A stretch of DNA of 64,000 nucleotides from Candidatus Fermentibacteraceae bacterium. Its GTDB lineage: Bacteria; Fermentibacterota; Fermentibacteria; Fermentibacterales; JCC-6. Below the pieces are notes generated by a model. That model was not told where the DNA came from, made no database searches, and saw only the letters and a program-made list of their open reading frames with translations. The DNA lies in assembly GCA_027067855.1 (NCBI GenBank), contig JAMOUX010000044.1, positions 3,965 through 67,964 of the forward strand, written 5' to 3'. The position numbers and the translations under genes were made by a program. Below, piece after piece: positions 55,669-64,000 of the stretch; position 1 is the first letter of the stretch, and every line of letters starts with the position of its first letter.

Positions 55669-57549
55669 CTACTCTATGAGGGTTTCGCCGAGAGCCTCGC
55701 CGAGAGTTCCGCCGTCTAGATTTCCAAGTCCCCCGGTATCGTCTTCGAAAGTTTCCACCATGTTCAATATGTTCCTCACGGTGTGCACCACCATGCCCAG
55801 TTCTTTCATGGCATTCTCGATGGCGTCCTTATCGTCCCCGTCCCTGGCTCTCCTCAGGTCATCCAGGGCGGATTCCAACTCGTGCACCGAATCCTCGTCC
55901 AAGGTGGTCTTGTTCGAAGCCAGGAGCTTGGCGGCCTCGTAGATCGAATGATCGGCCCTGTTCCTAACCTCTATCAGCTTGGTCCTCTCCCGGTCCGCTT
56001 CCTTGTTCTTGTTGGCTTCCTGAATCAGACGGTTGATCTCATCATCGGAGAGACCGCCGCTGGGATTTATCTTCATCTCCTGCTTTTTACCGGTTACGGC
56101 ATCCTTTGCACTTACGAAGAGTATGCCGTTGGCATCTATGGAGAACGATACCTCTATCCTGGGAACTCCCCGGGGCGCAGGGCTTATACCCACCAGATCG
56201 AATTTGGCCAGGCTCCTGTTTTCCTCCGCCAGGGCCCGCTCTCCCTGGAGAACGTGTATGCTCACTACCTGCTGGTTGTCCACGGCGGTGGTGAACATTC
56301 TGCTTCTCTTTATGGGGAGAGGACTGTTCTTCTCTATTATCGGGGCCATCACGCCGCCCAGGGTCTCGACTCCCAGGGTCAGCGAGGTCACGTCCAGGAG
56401 GACCAGATCCTTCCTTTGCCCGGTTACCACCGCGCCGGCTATGGCAGCGCCCATCGCCACCACCTCATCAGGATTGACGCTGTAGACCGGTTCCCGTCGG
56501 AAAGTCTCTTCCACCAGTTTCCTCACCAGTGGAATCCTCGTGGATCCCCCCACCAGCACCACCGTATCCAGGTCGTCTATGGTCATTCCGGCATCTCGCA
56601 CGACCTGTTCGCAGAGGGGTCTGGAACTTTCCACCAGGTCCATGATGAGATCCTCGAAAAGTTTTCGCGTCACCGACATTTCCAGGTGCACCGGCCCGGA
56701 ACCACCGGAAGCTATGAAGGGAAGGTTTATGGTGGTCTCCATCGCGGTGGAAAGCTCACACTTGGCCCTTTCCGCCGCCTCCCTCACCCTCTGCGGCGCC
56801 ACGGGATCCTTCCACAGGTCTATGCCGGTGGTCCGCTCGAATTCGTTCATTATCCATTCCACCAACCTGGAGTCGAAGTCGTCCCCTCCGAGTTGGGTAT
56901 TTCCAGTCGTGGCCTTTACCTCGAATACGCCGTCAACCATCTGGAGAATGCTTATGTCGAAGGTTCCGCCACCGAAGTCGTAGACGGCTATCCTCTTTTT
57001 CTCCACCGGTTCCATGAATGCCAGGGCCGCGGCGGTGGGCTCGTTCAGAACCCTCTTCACATTGAGTCCGGCTATGGTGCACGCCGCCTTGGTAGCTTTC
57101 CTCTGTACCTCGTTGAAATGCGCAGGAACCGTGACGACCACGTCGGTTACTTCCTCGCCCAGGAACTCTTCGGCCCGGTACTTCATCTTCTGGAGAATCA
57201 TCGAGGATATCTCCTGCGGGGTGAAGGTCCTGCCGTCACTTATCCTCACTACCGCATCGCCCTTTTCGTTGGGAACGATATCATAAGACACCGCGTCCGA
57301 ACCCATCTCCAGCTCATCGTACTTCCTGCCCATGAGCCTCTTGATGCTGGTGATGGTGTCCTTGGGATTGGTGATCGCCTGCCTCTTCGCCACTATGCCC
57401 ACCAGCCGGTCTCCGGCGGGTGTGAAGGCGACCACGGAGGGCATGACCCTCGGACCTTCCCCCGTCTGGATCACCACGGGATCTCCGCCTTCGCTTATCG
57501 CCATGCAGGAATTGGTGGTTCCCAAGTCAATGCCTATAGTGCAGCCCAA
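55669..57549 (-). CDS. dnaK: Chaperone DnaK (Hsp70)
   Basis: GIDLGTTNS, DFGGGTFD, VLVGGSTRIP. TTG start with SD GGAGG. Confidence 0.95.
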   Translation of the reverse strand: MGCTIGIDLGTTNSCMAISEGGDPVVIQTGEGPRVMPSVVAFTPAGDRLVGIVAKRQAITNPKDTITSIKRLMGRKYDELEMGSDAVSYDIVPNEKGDAVVRISDGRTFTPQEISSMILQKMKYRAEEFLGEEVTDVVVTVPAHFNEVQRKATKAACTIAGLNVKRVLNEPTAAALAFMEPVEKKRIAVYDFGGGTFDISILQMVDGVFEVKATTGNTQLGGDDFDSRLVEWIMNEFERTTGIDLWKDPVAPQRVREAAERAKCELSTAMETTINLPFIASGGSGPVHLEMSVTRKLFEDLIMDLVESSRPLCEQVVRDAGMTIDDLDTVVLVGGSTRIPLVRKLVEETFRREPVYSVNPDEVVAMGAAIAGAVVTGQRKDLVLLDVTSLTLGVETLGGVMAPIIEKNSPLPIKRSRMFTTAVDNQQVVSIHVLQGERALAEENRSLAKFDLVGISPAPRGVPRIEVSFSIDANGILFVSAKDAVTGKKQEMKINPSGGLSDDEINRLIQEANKNKEADRERTKLIEVRNRADHSIYEAAKLLASNKTTLDEDSVHELESALDDLRRARDGDDKDAIENAMKELGMVVHTVRNILNMVETFEDDTGGLGNLDGGTLGEALGETLIE

Positions 57550-57661
57550 TCTTCCTCCTAAAACACGGTCTGAAACGCGTTCAAGTACCTCCCGGGGCGG
57601 TGCCGGGCGAAAATCAACGAAAGCATACGACCCCTGCCGGGCCAACCCTTACAGAATTGTA

Positions 57662-57690
57662 ACAGTATTTCATGTGTAAACTATTGTCAA
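57662..57690 (-). promoter_or_regulatory. Putative sigma70 promoter of dnaK
   Basis: TTGACA-N17-TACTGT. Confidence 0.45.
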
Positions 57691-57706
57691 TGCTGAAATC
57701 ATTAAA

Positions 57707-58759
57707 TCATTGACCGCCGAATTCATCGACCATTCCGGTGAATTCCCGCACCGAATCTTCGTTCGGATACCGAATCACTCCCTTCTCGCATATTATGGCG
57801 TCGACCAAGTCCGAAGGCGTCACGTCGAACGCGGGATTCCAGGCATCCACTCCATCGGGAACGAGTTTTCTTCCTCCCAGACAAGCCATTTCCCCCCTCC
57901 CCCTGAACTCTATGACTATGTCCTTCCCGGATTCGGTTTCCATGTCGAACGTGGACAGCGGCGCCACAACGTAGAAGGGAACATCGTGGGCCCTGGCCGC
58001 CAGGGCCAGCGGATACGTTCCCACCTTGTTGGCCACGTCCCCGTTGGCGGCTATCCTATCGCTTCCCACTACCACTGCGTCCACGGAACCGGACGCCAGG
58101 AGGGATGCCGCCGCCGAGTCCGGCAGTACGCTCACCGGAATACCGGCTTTCTCCAGTTCCCAGGCCGTAAGCCTGGAACCCTGGAAGAGAGGGCGGGTTT
58201 CGTCCGCGAAAACCTTTACGAGCTTGCCGGCGTCCCAGGCCTCGTAGACCACCGCCAGCGCCGTTCCCAGGCCCGCAGTCGCCAACCCGCCCGCGTTGCA
58301 GTGGGTCAGTACCGTGCAATTTCCGGGGAGGAGGCCGGCACCGTGCTTCCCCATGCTCATGCTCGCCGCCAGGTCCTTCTCCACCATGTCGTGCGCGGAT
58401 CGAAGCAGCGCCCGGATCAATTCGTCCCTGTCGCCGACTCCTTCGAAAATCCTCCTCTGGACACCGGTACAATGAAAAAGGTTCACCGCAGTGGGCCTGG
58501 TGCTTTCCAGGAGCGCAACCTTCTCCAGAAAAATCTTTCCGAAATCACCGCCTTCCGGAGTCGTGAGCGCCGCCAGGACGCAGCCGTACGCCGCCGCTAT
58601 CCCTATGGCGGGCGCACCTCGAACCGCCAGGTTCCTTATCGCATCGGCGAGGGATTCCACGTCTCCGCAGCATACGTATTCCTCCCTGCCGGGTAAAAGC
58701 CTCTGGTCCAGGAGCCTCAGGGCATTTCCGGTCCACTCCAGCGTGGGAATAGGCTGCAT
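57707..58759 (-). CDS. mtnA: S-methyl-5-thioribose-1-phosphate isomerase
   Basis: LDQRLLP, VRGAPAIG, RPTAVNL, THCNAG, DETRP, ANKVGT, NPAFDVTP. Confidence 0.95.
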   Translation of the reverse strand: MQPIPTLEWTGNALRLLDQRLLPGREEYVCCGDVESLADAIRNLAVRGAPAIGIAAAYGCVLAALTTPEGGDFGKIFLEKVALLESTRPTAVNLFHCTGVQRRIFEGVGDRDELIRALLRSAHDMVEKDLAASMSMGKHGAGLLPGNCTVLTHCNAGGLATAGLGTALAVVYEAWDAGKLVKVFADETRPLFQGSRLTAWELEKAGIPVSVLPDSAAASLLASGSVDAVVVGSDRIAANGDVANKVGTYPLALAARAHDVPFYVVAPLSTFDMETESGKDIVIEFRGRGEMACLGGRKLVPDGVDAWNPAFDVTPSDLVDAIICEKGVIRYPNEDSVREFTGMVDEFGGQ

Positions 58760-59308
58760 TTATCCTTTTCCCCTCAACGCATCCAGGCAAACCTCCAGGA
58801 TTTCCCGTGGTTCCATCATCCTCCCCGGTCCCGTGGTACCGCACGCCAGTTCGCCCTCTACAGGCCCGGCCAGCACCACCCCCATTTCCGCCAGTCTTTC
58901 GACATTGAATCTCGTGGCGGGGTTGTTCCACATCCTCTGATTCATGGCCGGAGCCATCACCACGGAACAATCGCATGCCAGGTAAACCGAAGACAGGAGG
59001 TCATTCGCCAGGCCCCATGCCGCCTTCGCCATAAAATCCGCCGTAGCAGGCGCCACGACAAACAGGTCGAGATCATCCGTCAAATGTATGTGAGGCACCG
59101 TCGATACTACGTCTTCTCCGAAAAGCTCGGTAAAAACCGGCCTGCCGGTCACCGACGAGAGCTGGGTTTCGGTAACGAACTTCAACCCCGCCGGGGTTAT
59201 CACTCCGTCCACCTGGAAACCTTTCTTCCTGAGTAACGAAGCCAGCATCACACCCTTGAAAGCCGCCGCGCTCCCGGTGATACCCAGTAGAATTCTCCTA
59301 CTTTCCAT
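58760..59308 (-). CDS. coaC: Stand-alone phosphopantothenoylcysteine decarboxylase
   Basis: LGITGS, VAPATAD, APAMNQRM, GELACG...GRM; ends without a CoaB domain. Confidence 0.85.
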   Translation of the reverse strand: MESRRILLGITGSAAAFKGVMLASLLRKKGFQVDGVITPAGLKFVTETQLSSVTGRPVFTELFGEDVVSTVPHIHLTDDLDLFVVAPATADFMAKAAWGLANDLLSSVYLACDCSVVMAPAMNQRMWNNPATRFNVERLAEMGVVLAGPVEGELACGTTGPGRMMEPREILEVCLDALRGKG

Positions 59309-60062
59309 GACCGTACCTCTCTCCGATACTGTCGATCCCCACAAGAGTCAGCTCCGGGCACAATTTCATCCCGGTGTCGCAGTGGGCCGTCATCATCTCC
59401 GCCCAACCCCCGGTGGCCCAAACGGTAGGTTCTCCCTCCATTTCCGAGATCAAACGTCTTACTATGTAATCCGTGGCTCCGACAGCACCCAGCAACACCC
59501 CCGAACGTACCGCATGGGACGTGGATTTGCCTATGACGGTATCCGGAAACCGCAGGTCCACCGGGTTGAGTTTCTCCGCTTTCTTGAAAAGCTCGGCCGC
59601 CGCAGTACCTACACCCGGCGAGATGACACCTCCAAGGAACGCACCGGAGGCGTCTACGGCGTCGAAGGTAGTGGCGGTTCCGAAATCCACCACGATAGCA
59701 GGAAGGCCGCCCAGTTTCATGGCTCCAACAGTGTTGGCCAGCCTGTCGGCTCCTATTTCGCCGGGATAGTCATACTTTATCTTGACACCTGCGGTCTCCA
59801 CATCCACTTCCACCGGTTCCACTTCCAGGAACCGCCCGGAAAACTCCCGCAACGAGTGGCGCACCTGGGGGACGACCGTGGCAAAGGCCATGGCCTGCGG
59901 CAACCCCGTACCTCCGGATCCGAGCAGCGATCCCATGATCACCCAAAGGTCGTCCGCCGTCCAGTGAAAAGTGGTGATTCTCCAACTCTCCGCCAGTTTT
60001 CCATCCACGAAGACGCCCACCGCCGTCTTGGTATTGCCGACGTCGAGCACGAGTCTTTCCAT
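59298..60062 (-). CDS. coaX: Type III pantothenate kinase
   Basis: LDVGNT, GADR, VDFGTATT, ATGG. Confidence 0.93.
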   Translation of the reverse strand: MERLVLDVGNTKTAVGVFVDGKLAESWRITTFHWTADDLWVIMGSLLGSGGTGLPQAMAFATVVPQVRHSLREFSGRFLEVEPVEVDVETAGVKIKYDYPGEIGADRLANTVGAMKLGGLPAIVVDFGTATTFDAVDASGAFLGGVISPGVGTAAAELFKKAEKLNPVDLRFPDTVIGKSTSHAVRSGVLLGAVGATDYIVRRLISEMEGEPTVWATGGWAEMMTAHCDTGMKLCPELTLVGIDSIGERYGHGK

Positions 60063-60928
60063 CAAACGCTCCAATCGAAACCGATGTCGGCTGAAGAAGC
60101 CGAATGTATCAATGCTCCGCACGAAACACCATCGACGCCGGTAGCGGCGTACTCGGCTATATTTTCCAGGGTGACGCCTCCGGAAGCCTCGAGATACACG
60201 TTACTTCCCGATGCCATCCTCACGGCCTGCGTGAGAAGACCGGGAGCCATGTTATCCAGCAGTATCCTGTCCGGCCGGGAATCCAGGACCGCGGCCAACT
60301 GGTCCAGGTCGTCTATTTCCACTTCCACCGGGATTCCGCGCGACCTGAGCCTACGCACCGTCTCCTTCAGCTTCCCGGTACCGCCCAAGACCGCCAGATG
60401 ATTGTCCTTGAACATGGCCATGACCGCCAGGTCCATCCTGTGATTTACACCGCCTCCCATTCTCACGGCGTACTTTTCGAGGGCCCTGTGACAGGGAGTC
60501 GTTTTCCGTGTATCCAGCACTTCCACGTTCGTTTCCCTTACGGCGTCCACGTACCTGCGTGTAGTGGTCGCTATGCCGGAAAGTCTGCAAAGAAAGTTCA
60601 ACGCGGTCCTCTCTCCCCGGAGAAGCACGTGGGAAGGGCCCCTTATCTCTCCTATGATTTCCCCGGCCATCGCAACATCGCCGTCAGGATTCATCTGCCC
60701 GGTAATCACCGGCTCCGTCCCCATGGAAACCGCCAGTTTCGAGTAGACCTCTTCCAGGAGGAACCATCCTGCAACCACCAGTTCCTCCCTCGCAACCACC
60801 CTGCATGTCCCCGGAAATTCGCCGGCCTCTCCCAGGCTTCCCGATGCGGCATCCTCCAGGGCCCGATCTTCCTCCAGGGCCAACCCTACCAGGATCCTTC
60901 CCACCGCAAAGGGATCCGACCATTTCAT
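60062..60928 (-). CDS. nadC: Quinolinate phosphoribosyltransferase
   Basis: ERTALNFL, DTRKTTP, KDNH, LLDNM, EASGG. Confidence 0.95.
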   Translation of the reverse strand: MKWSDPFAVGRILVGLALEEDRALEDAASGSLGEAGEFPGTCRVVAREELVVAGWFLLEEVYSKLAVSMGTEPVITGQMNPDGDVAMAGEIIGEIRGPSHVLLRGERTALNFLCRLSGIATTTRRYVDAVRETNVEVLDTRKTTPCHRALEKYAVRMGGGVNHRMDLAVMAMFKDNHLAVLGGTGKLKETVRRLRSRGIPVEVEIDDLDQLAAVLDSRPDRILLDNMAPGLLTQAVRMASGSNVYLEASGGVTLENIAEYAATGVDGVSCGALIHSASSADIGFDWSV

Positions 60929-62367
60929 CCGTATGCCCCCTCCGAAAACGAGTCCGCAGCATACACCACTTTACCGTCGGAAACGGTAACCAGCACTTCC
61001 AGATCACTCCACGGCTTTTCGAACGGGCTGCCGGACAATATTACGAAGTCCGCGACCCTGCCCTCCGAGAGTTCGCGGGACAGTCCGGTAAAGCCGCATA
61101 CGTCGGCCGCTCTCAGCGTGTAGGCATCCAGGGCCTCGTCCACGGACAGCCGCTCTCCCGGATCCGGGTGCCCGGTAGCGCCCGGAAGGCCTTGCAGGGG
61201 ACCGAAAGGCATGCAGTCACTGCCGAAGGCGAGAGAGAGCCCTCCGTCCGACACGGTTCTGAAAGGATTTAGAAACGAGGCGGCATCACGGCCCAGTTTT
61301 CTTTCGTACATGCCGCCTTCCAACTGCCAATTGTTCACGAAGTTAGGCTGCATCACGAACCGATGAACGGATGTATCCCAGGCATCCGTTCGAATCGCCT
61401 TGAATTCTTCGGCATGCTCCACTCTTACGAAATCCGGTCCGTCGTGCCCGCGGCAAGCCTGCGCCAGGAGATGCAAGGCCCTGCCTCCTATCCCATGGAA
61501 AACCGGAGTCAGGCCGAGTTTACGGGAGAATTCCAGGGCTTCCGCCACATCTTCCCGCGACATCAGGGGTTCGCGGATTCCACCATCCGCGTAGGGTGTC
61601 CGCATGGCCGCGGTCTCCGCTCCTATGGAACCGTCAAGGAAAAACTTCAGACCCGAAACCTCCTCGATCATCCCGTTTCCGGGATGCTTCCGCACCTCCT
61701 CCCCGTAGAGACATACGGTGGTTTTGATTCCTTCCCGCCATCCCGAAACGACTTCCGCAGCGGAAAGGGATTCGAAGGTACAGACAGCGGTAACACCGGC
61801 TTTCCATGCGGCATCGGTCGCGTTCCCGCATGCCGTCTCCAGGATTCCCCGCTCGTACGGAACCAATTCATCGAGGCCGAATACGATTCCCTCGCTTATC
61901 GTTCCGGTCGAACGGTCCAGACCCGGCGCTCCTGCTGGAAGCATCGCCATCAGGCCGGAATTCACCAGCGCCTTGTGACCGCAAACCCTGTACAGCAAAA
62001 CCGGCCTTCCGCGGGACACCTCATCCAGTTCTTCCGGTGACGGAAGCACCGGTTCCTTCCACCCGGTCTCGTCGAATCCGTATCCTCTTATCACATACCC
62101 CGCATCACCGAACTTTGCACTCTCCGCCACGACCTCCAGAAGTTCTCCGGAACTCCTGACTTTGCCGAGATCCGGAAAAATATTCCGAAGCCCGTTCCAG
62201 GTGAAGTGGCAATGGGCGTCCACGAAAGCGGGGATAATGAAAGTGTCTTCCCGGCTTTTCTCCAACATTTCGATACGGGAAATCACTCCCCGGGAAACGT
62301 GGATTCTCGCCGGGCCCCGCGGACCGTTTCCGGCTCCCGCCCAGAAACCGCCGCAACTTATGACCAT
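60925..62367 (-). CDS. YtcJ-like amidohydrolase
   Basis: PAFVDAHCH, KFFLDGS, HGIG, RVEHA, FGSD, GRVADFVIL. Confidence 0.85.
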   Translation of the reverse strand: MVISCGGFWAGAGNGPRGPARIHVSRGVISRIEMLEKSREDTFIIPAFVDAHCHFTWNGLRNIFPDLGKVRSSGELLEVVAESAKFGDAGYVIRGYGFDETGWKEPVLPSPEELDEVSRGRPVLLYRVCGHKALVNSGLMAMLPAGAPGLDRSTGTISEGIVFGLDELVPYERGILETACGNATDAAWKAGVTAVCTFESLSAAEVVSGWREGIKTTVCLYGEEVRKHPGNGMIEEVSGLKFFLDGSIGAETAAMRTPYADGGIREPLMSREDVAEALEFSRKLGLTPVFHGIGGRALHLLAQACRGHDGPDFVRVEHAEEFKAIRTDAWDTSVHRFVMQPNFVNNWQLEGGMYERKLGRDAASFLNPFRTVSDGGLSLAFGSDCMPFGPLQGLPGATGHPDPGERLSVDEALDAYTLRAADVCGFTGLSRELSEGRVADFVILSGSPFEKPWSDLEVLVTVSDGKVVYAADSFSEGAYG

Positions 62368-62371
62368 GATC

Positions 62372-63271
62372 TCACCGGCTCTTGTCCCTGAGGTGATCGA
62401 ACATGAGTTCCAGGGTCTCCGGCTTCACTTCGAAGCTGAAGAACGTCTTGTCTTTCCGCCTTTCGACACTCACAACCCGTCCCGTTATCTCCGCGGTCAC
62501 GAATCCCTCGTCGGGAGTTCTTCCCTCCGCTATCTCCCGCACCCCCCTGGAAGGATCGGATATTTCCCTCGCCTCGATCTCGGTCATTTCCTGTCGGTGA
62601 CGGAACCACTTCGTCAGGATCACGTAGCTGCCTTCACTTATCAGGGATTGGGCCGGAAACGTAACTTCTATCACTACGTTGCCGCCATCATCGGAGATAT
62701 CCGGGCTGTACGAACAAACCCTGTTTCTTCCCTCGTTTTTAGCCCTGTACAAAGCCTGGTCGGCTGCCACCAGCAGTTCGCTTCCCTCCACGTCCGGGAA
62801 TCCGCTCACCCCTATGGACACGGTAACAGCCAGCGGGATTTCAGATCCTCCCTCCGAAGAATTTCCCACTTCCATCTCCAGGGGATTCACGAAAATCGAC
62901 CGCCTGATTCTTTCGGCCACCACTTCCGCCTCATCCACAGTGCAATTAGGTAGGAATACCGTTATCTCCTCCCCGCCGTACCTGAAGGCCTCTCCCCTGA
63001 AATAAGCGGTTTCCCGTATGATTCCGGCCACGTGAGCCAGGATCGCGTCACCCGTACCGTGTCCCCATTTGTCATTTATTTTTTTGAAATGATCTATGTC
63101 TATCATCAGAGCGGCCATGGGCAATCCGTCGGTACCCATCCTCCTGAGCAGCACCGGCAATACGAGATCCAATGCCTTTCTTGGAGGGATACCGGTTACG
63201 GCATCCAGTTCCCCTGTCCAGGGATACACGTCCTGCAGTTCCACTTGCGGAGAAGCGGGGATCTCTGCCAA
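62372..63271 (-). CDS. Diguanylate cyclase with an unknown C-terminal domain
   Basis: DIDHFKKINDKWGHGTGD, RYGGEEI, ADQALYRAK. Confidence 0.88.
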   Translation of the reverse strand: MAEIPASPQVELQDVYPWTGELDAVTGIPPRKALDLVLPVLLRRMGTDGLPMAALMIDIDHFKKINDKWGHGTGDAILAHVAGIIRETAYFRGEAFRYGGEEITVFLPNCTVDEAEVVAERIRRSIFVNPLEMEVGNSSEGGSEIPLAVTVSIGVSGFPDVEGSELLVAADQALYRAKNEGRNRVCSYSPDISDDGGNVVIEVTFPAQSLISEGSYVILTKWFRHRQEMTEIEAREISDPSRGVREIAEGRTPDEGFVTAEITGRVVSVERRKDKTFFSFEVKPETLELMFDHLRDKSR

Positions 63272-63373
63272 TCGTCACCTCCAGGTTACAACCGAATAAT
63301 AACACGAAATCGACGTCACGGCAGACTGCCTTACGGAACGACACCCGTGATCGAAATCTTTTATATTATCAGT

Positions 63374-63847
63374 ATGAAAAATCGAATCCCGGAGTTGTGC
63401 ATTTCCGTCATGACACTTCTTCTCCTGGGTTGCGGGTGGTCGGCTGAGCAGGAGAGAGTGATCGGCGCCCTGACTTCGTTTTCCACCGCCGTCCGTGAAA
63501 GCAGGTGGGGCGACGCCCTGGAGATGACCACCGGCACCACCCATGCGGTGCTCGATTCCCTCCTCGACGATTTCTCGAGGAAAGGACTCAAAGGTTACGA
63601 AAACCCCGAGACCCTCTTCCGGGTACTGCTGGACGAGTACGTCGGCCTCGAAGGAGAGATTTCCACCATAATCATCGAAGACGACACCGCTCTTGTTTTC
63701 ATGGACATCAACGACAGCCTGAAAGTAAGGGGGATTCCCGACCTCTACCGTATGGTGCTGGAACGGGAAACGTGGAATCTCGATCTCGCCGAAGTTTTCA
63801 CGGATGGAATCCGCAACGATCTGGAAGGTTCGATGAACATGAAATGA
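63374..63847 (+). CDS. Hypothetical lipoprotein
   Basis: MKNRIPELCISVMTLLLLGC lipobox; 3' part of ORF 63032..63847. Confidence 0.6.
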   Translation: MKNRIPELCISVMTLLLLGCGWSAEQERVIGALTSFSTAVRESRWGDALEMTTGTTHAVLDSLLDDFSRKGLKGYENPETLFRVLLDEYVGLEGEISTIIIEDDTALVFMDINDSLKVRGIPDLYRMVLERETWNLDLAEVFTDGIRNDLEGSMNMK

Positions 63848-63869
63848 TAACCACCGGGAAAAACTGAAT

Positions 63870-64000
63870 ATGAAAGAATTTGTCCTCGTACTACTGATAA
63901 TCGTTCTCCCGGCTCTTTCCGCCTGCGGAAGGCGGGAGGAGGAAAGAACGGTCGGGTCCGAGCTTTCCACCATCATCATAACCAACGGTTTGGTCGACTA
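63870..64000 (+). CDS. Hypothetical lipoprotein (partial, runs off the window edge)
   Basis: MKEFVLVLLIIVLPALSAC lipobox; frame open to the window end. Confidence 0.55.
   Translation, partial: MKEFVLVLLIIVLPALSACGRREEERTVGSELSTIIITNGLVD

Noticed and set aside
57550-57706. CIRCE element before dnaK
   Set aside because: No TTAGCACTC-N9-GAGTGCTAA match.
1-64000. CRISPR arrays, IS elements, integrases, prophage, rRNA or tRNA genes
   Set aside because: I saw no regularly spaced repeats, transposase or integrase motifs, or RNA gene signatures; by-eye inspection could miss short elements.

Overview
GC-rich bacterial chromosomal window from what looks like an anaerobic, Gram-negative fermenter. 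A T9SS/FlgD-type C-terminal domain suggests an FCB-group lineage (inference only). I found no rRNA, tRNA, CRISPR array or mobile element. From left to right it holds: (1) a translationally coupled selenium operon (cysteine desulfurase-like, selD with an in-frame UGA/Sec and SECIS-like hairpin, yedF, DUF3343, yedE) behind a highly structured ~210-nt leader; (2) an unusual acpS / acetate-CoA ligase / dedicated ACP / Kbl-like oxoamine synthase / SatP cluster; (3) hypFCDE and hypAB plus a 17-gene group 4 [NiFe]-hydrogenase-Mrp operon that starts with an NAD(P)H-diaphorase-like (AsrA/AsrB, FlxA/D-type) module and has two antiporter subunits; (4) two large TPR/helical proteins between two lytic transglycosylases; (5) housekeeping genes (asd, holA, SurA/PpiD-like, Btu/Fec ABC transporter, dnaG, mutS2, dnaJ, dnaK, mtnA, coaC, coaX, nadC), an amidohydrolase and a diguanylate cyclase. 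The best candidates for undescribed biology are the carrier-protein-linked acetate/glycine module, the NAD(P)H-coupled Mrp-hydrogenase and the selenium-operon leader RNA. All calls come from motif recognition by eye; no searches were run.
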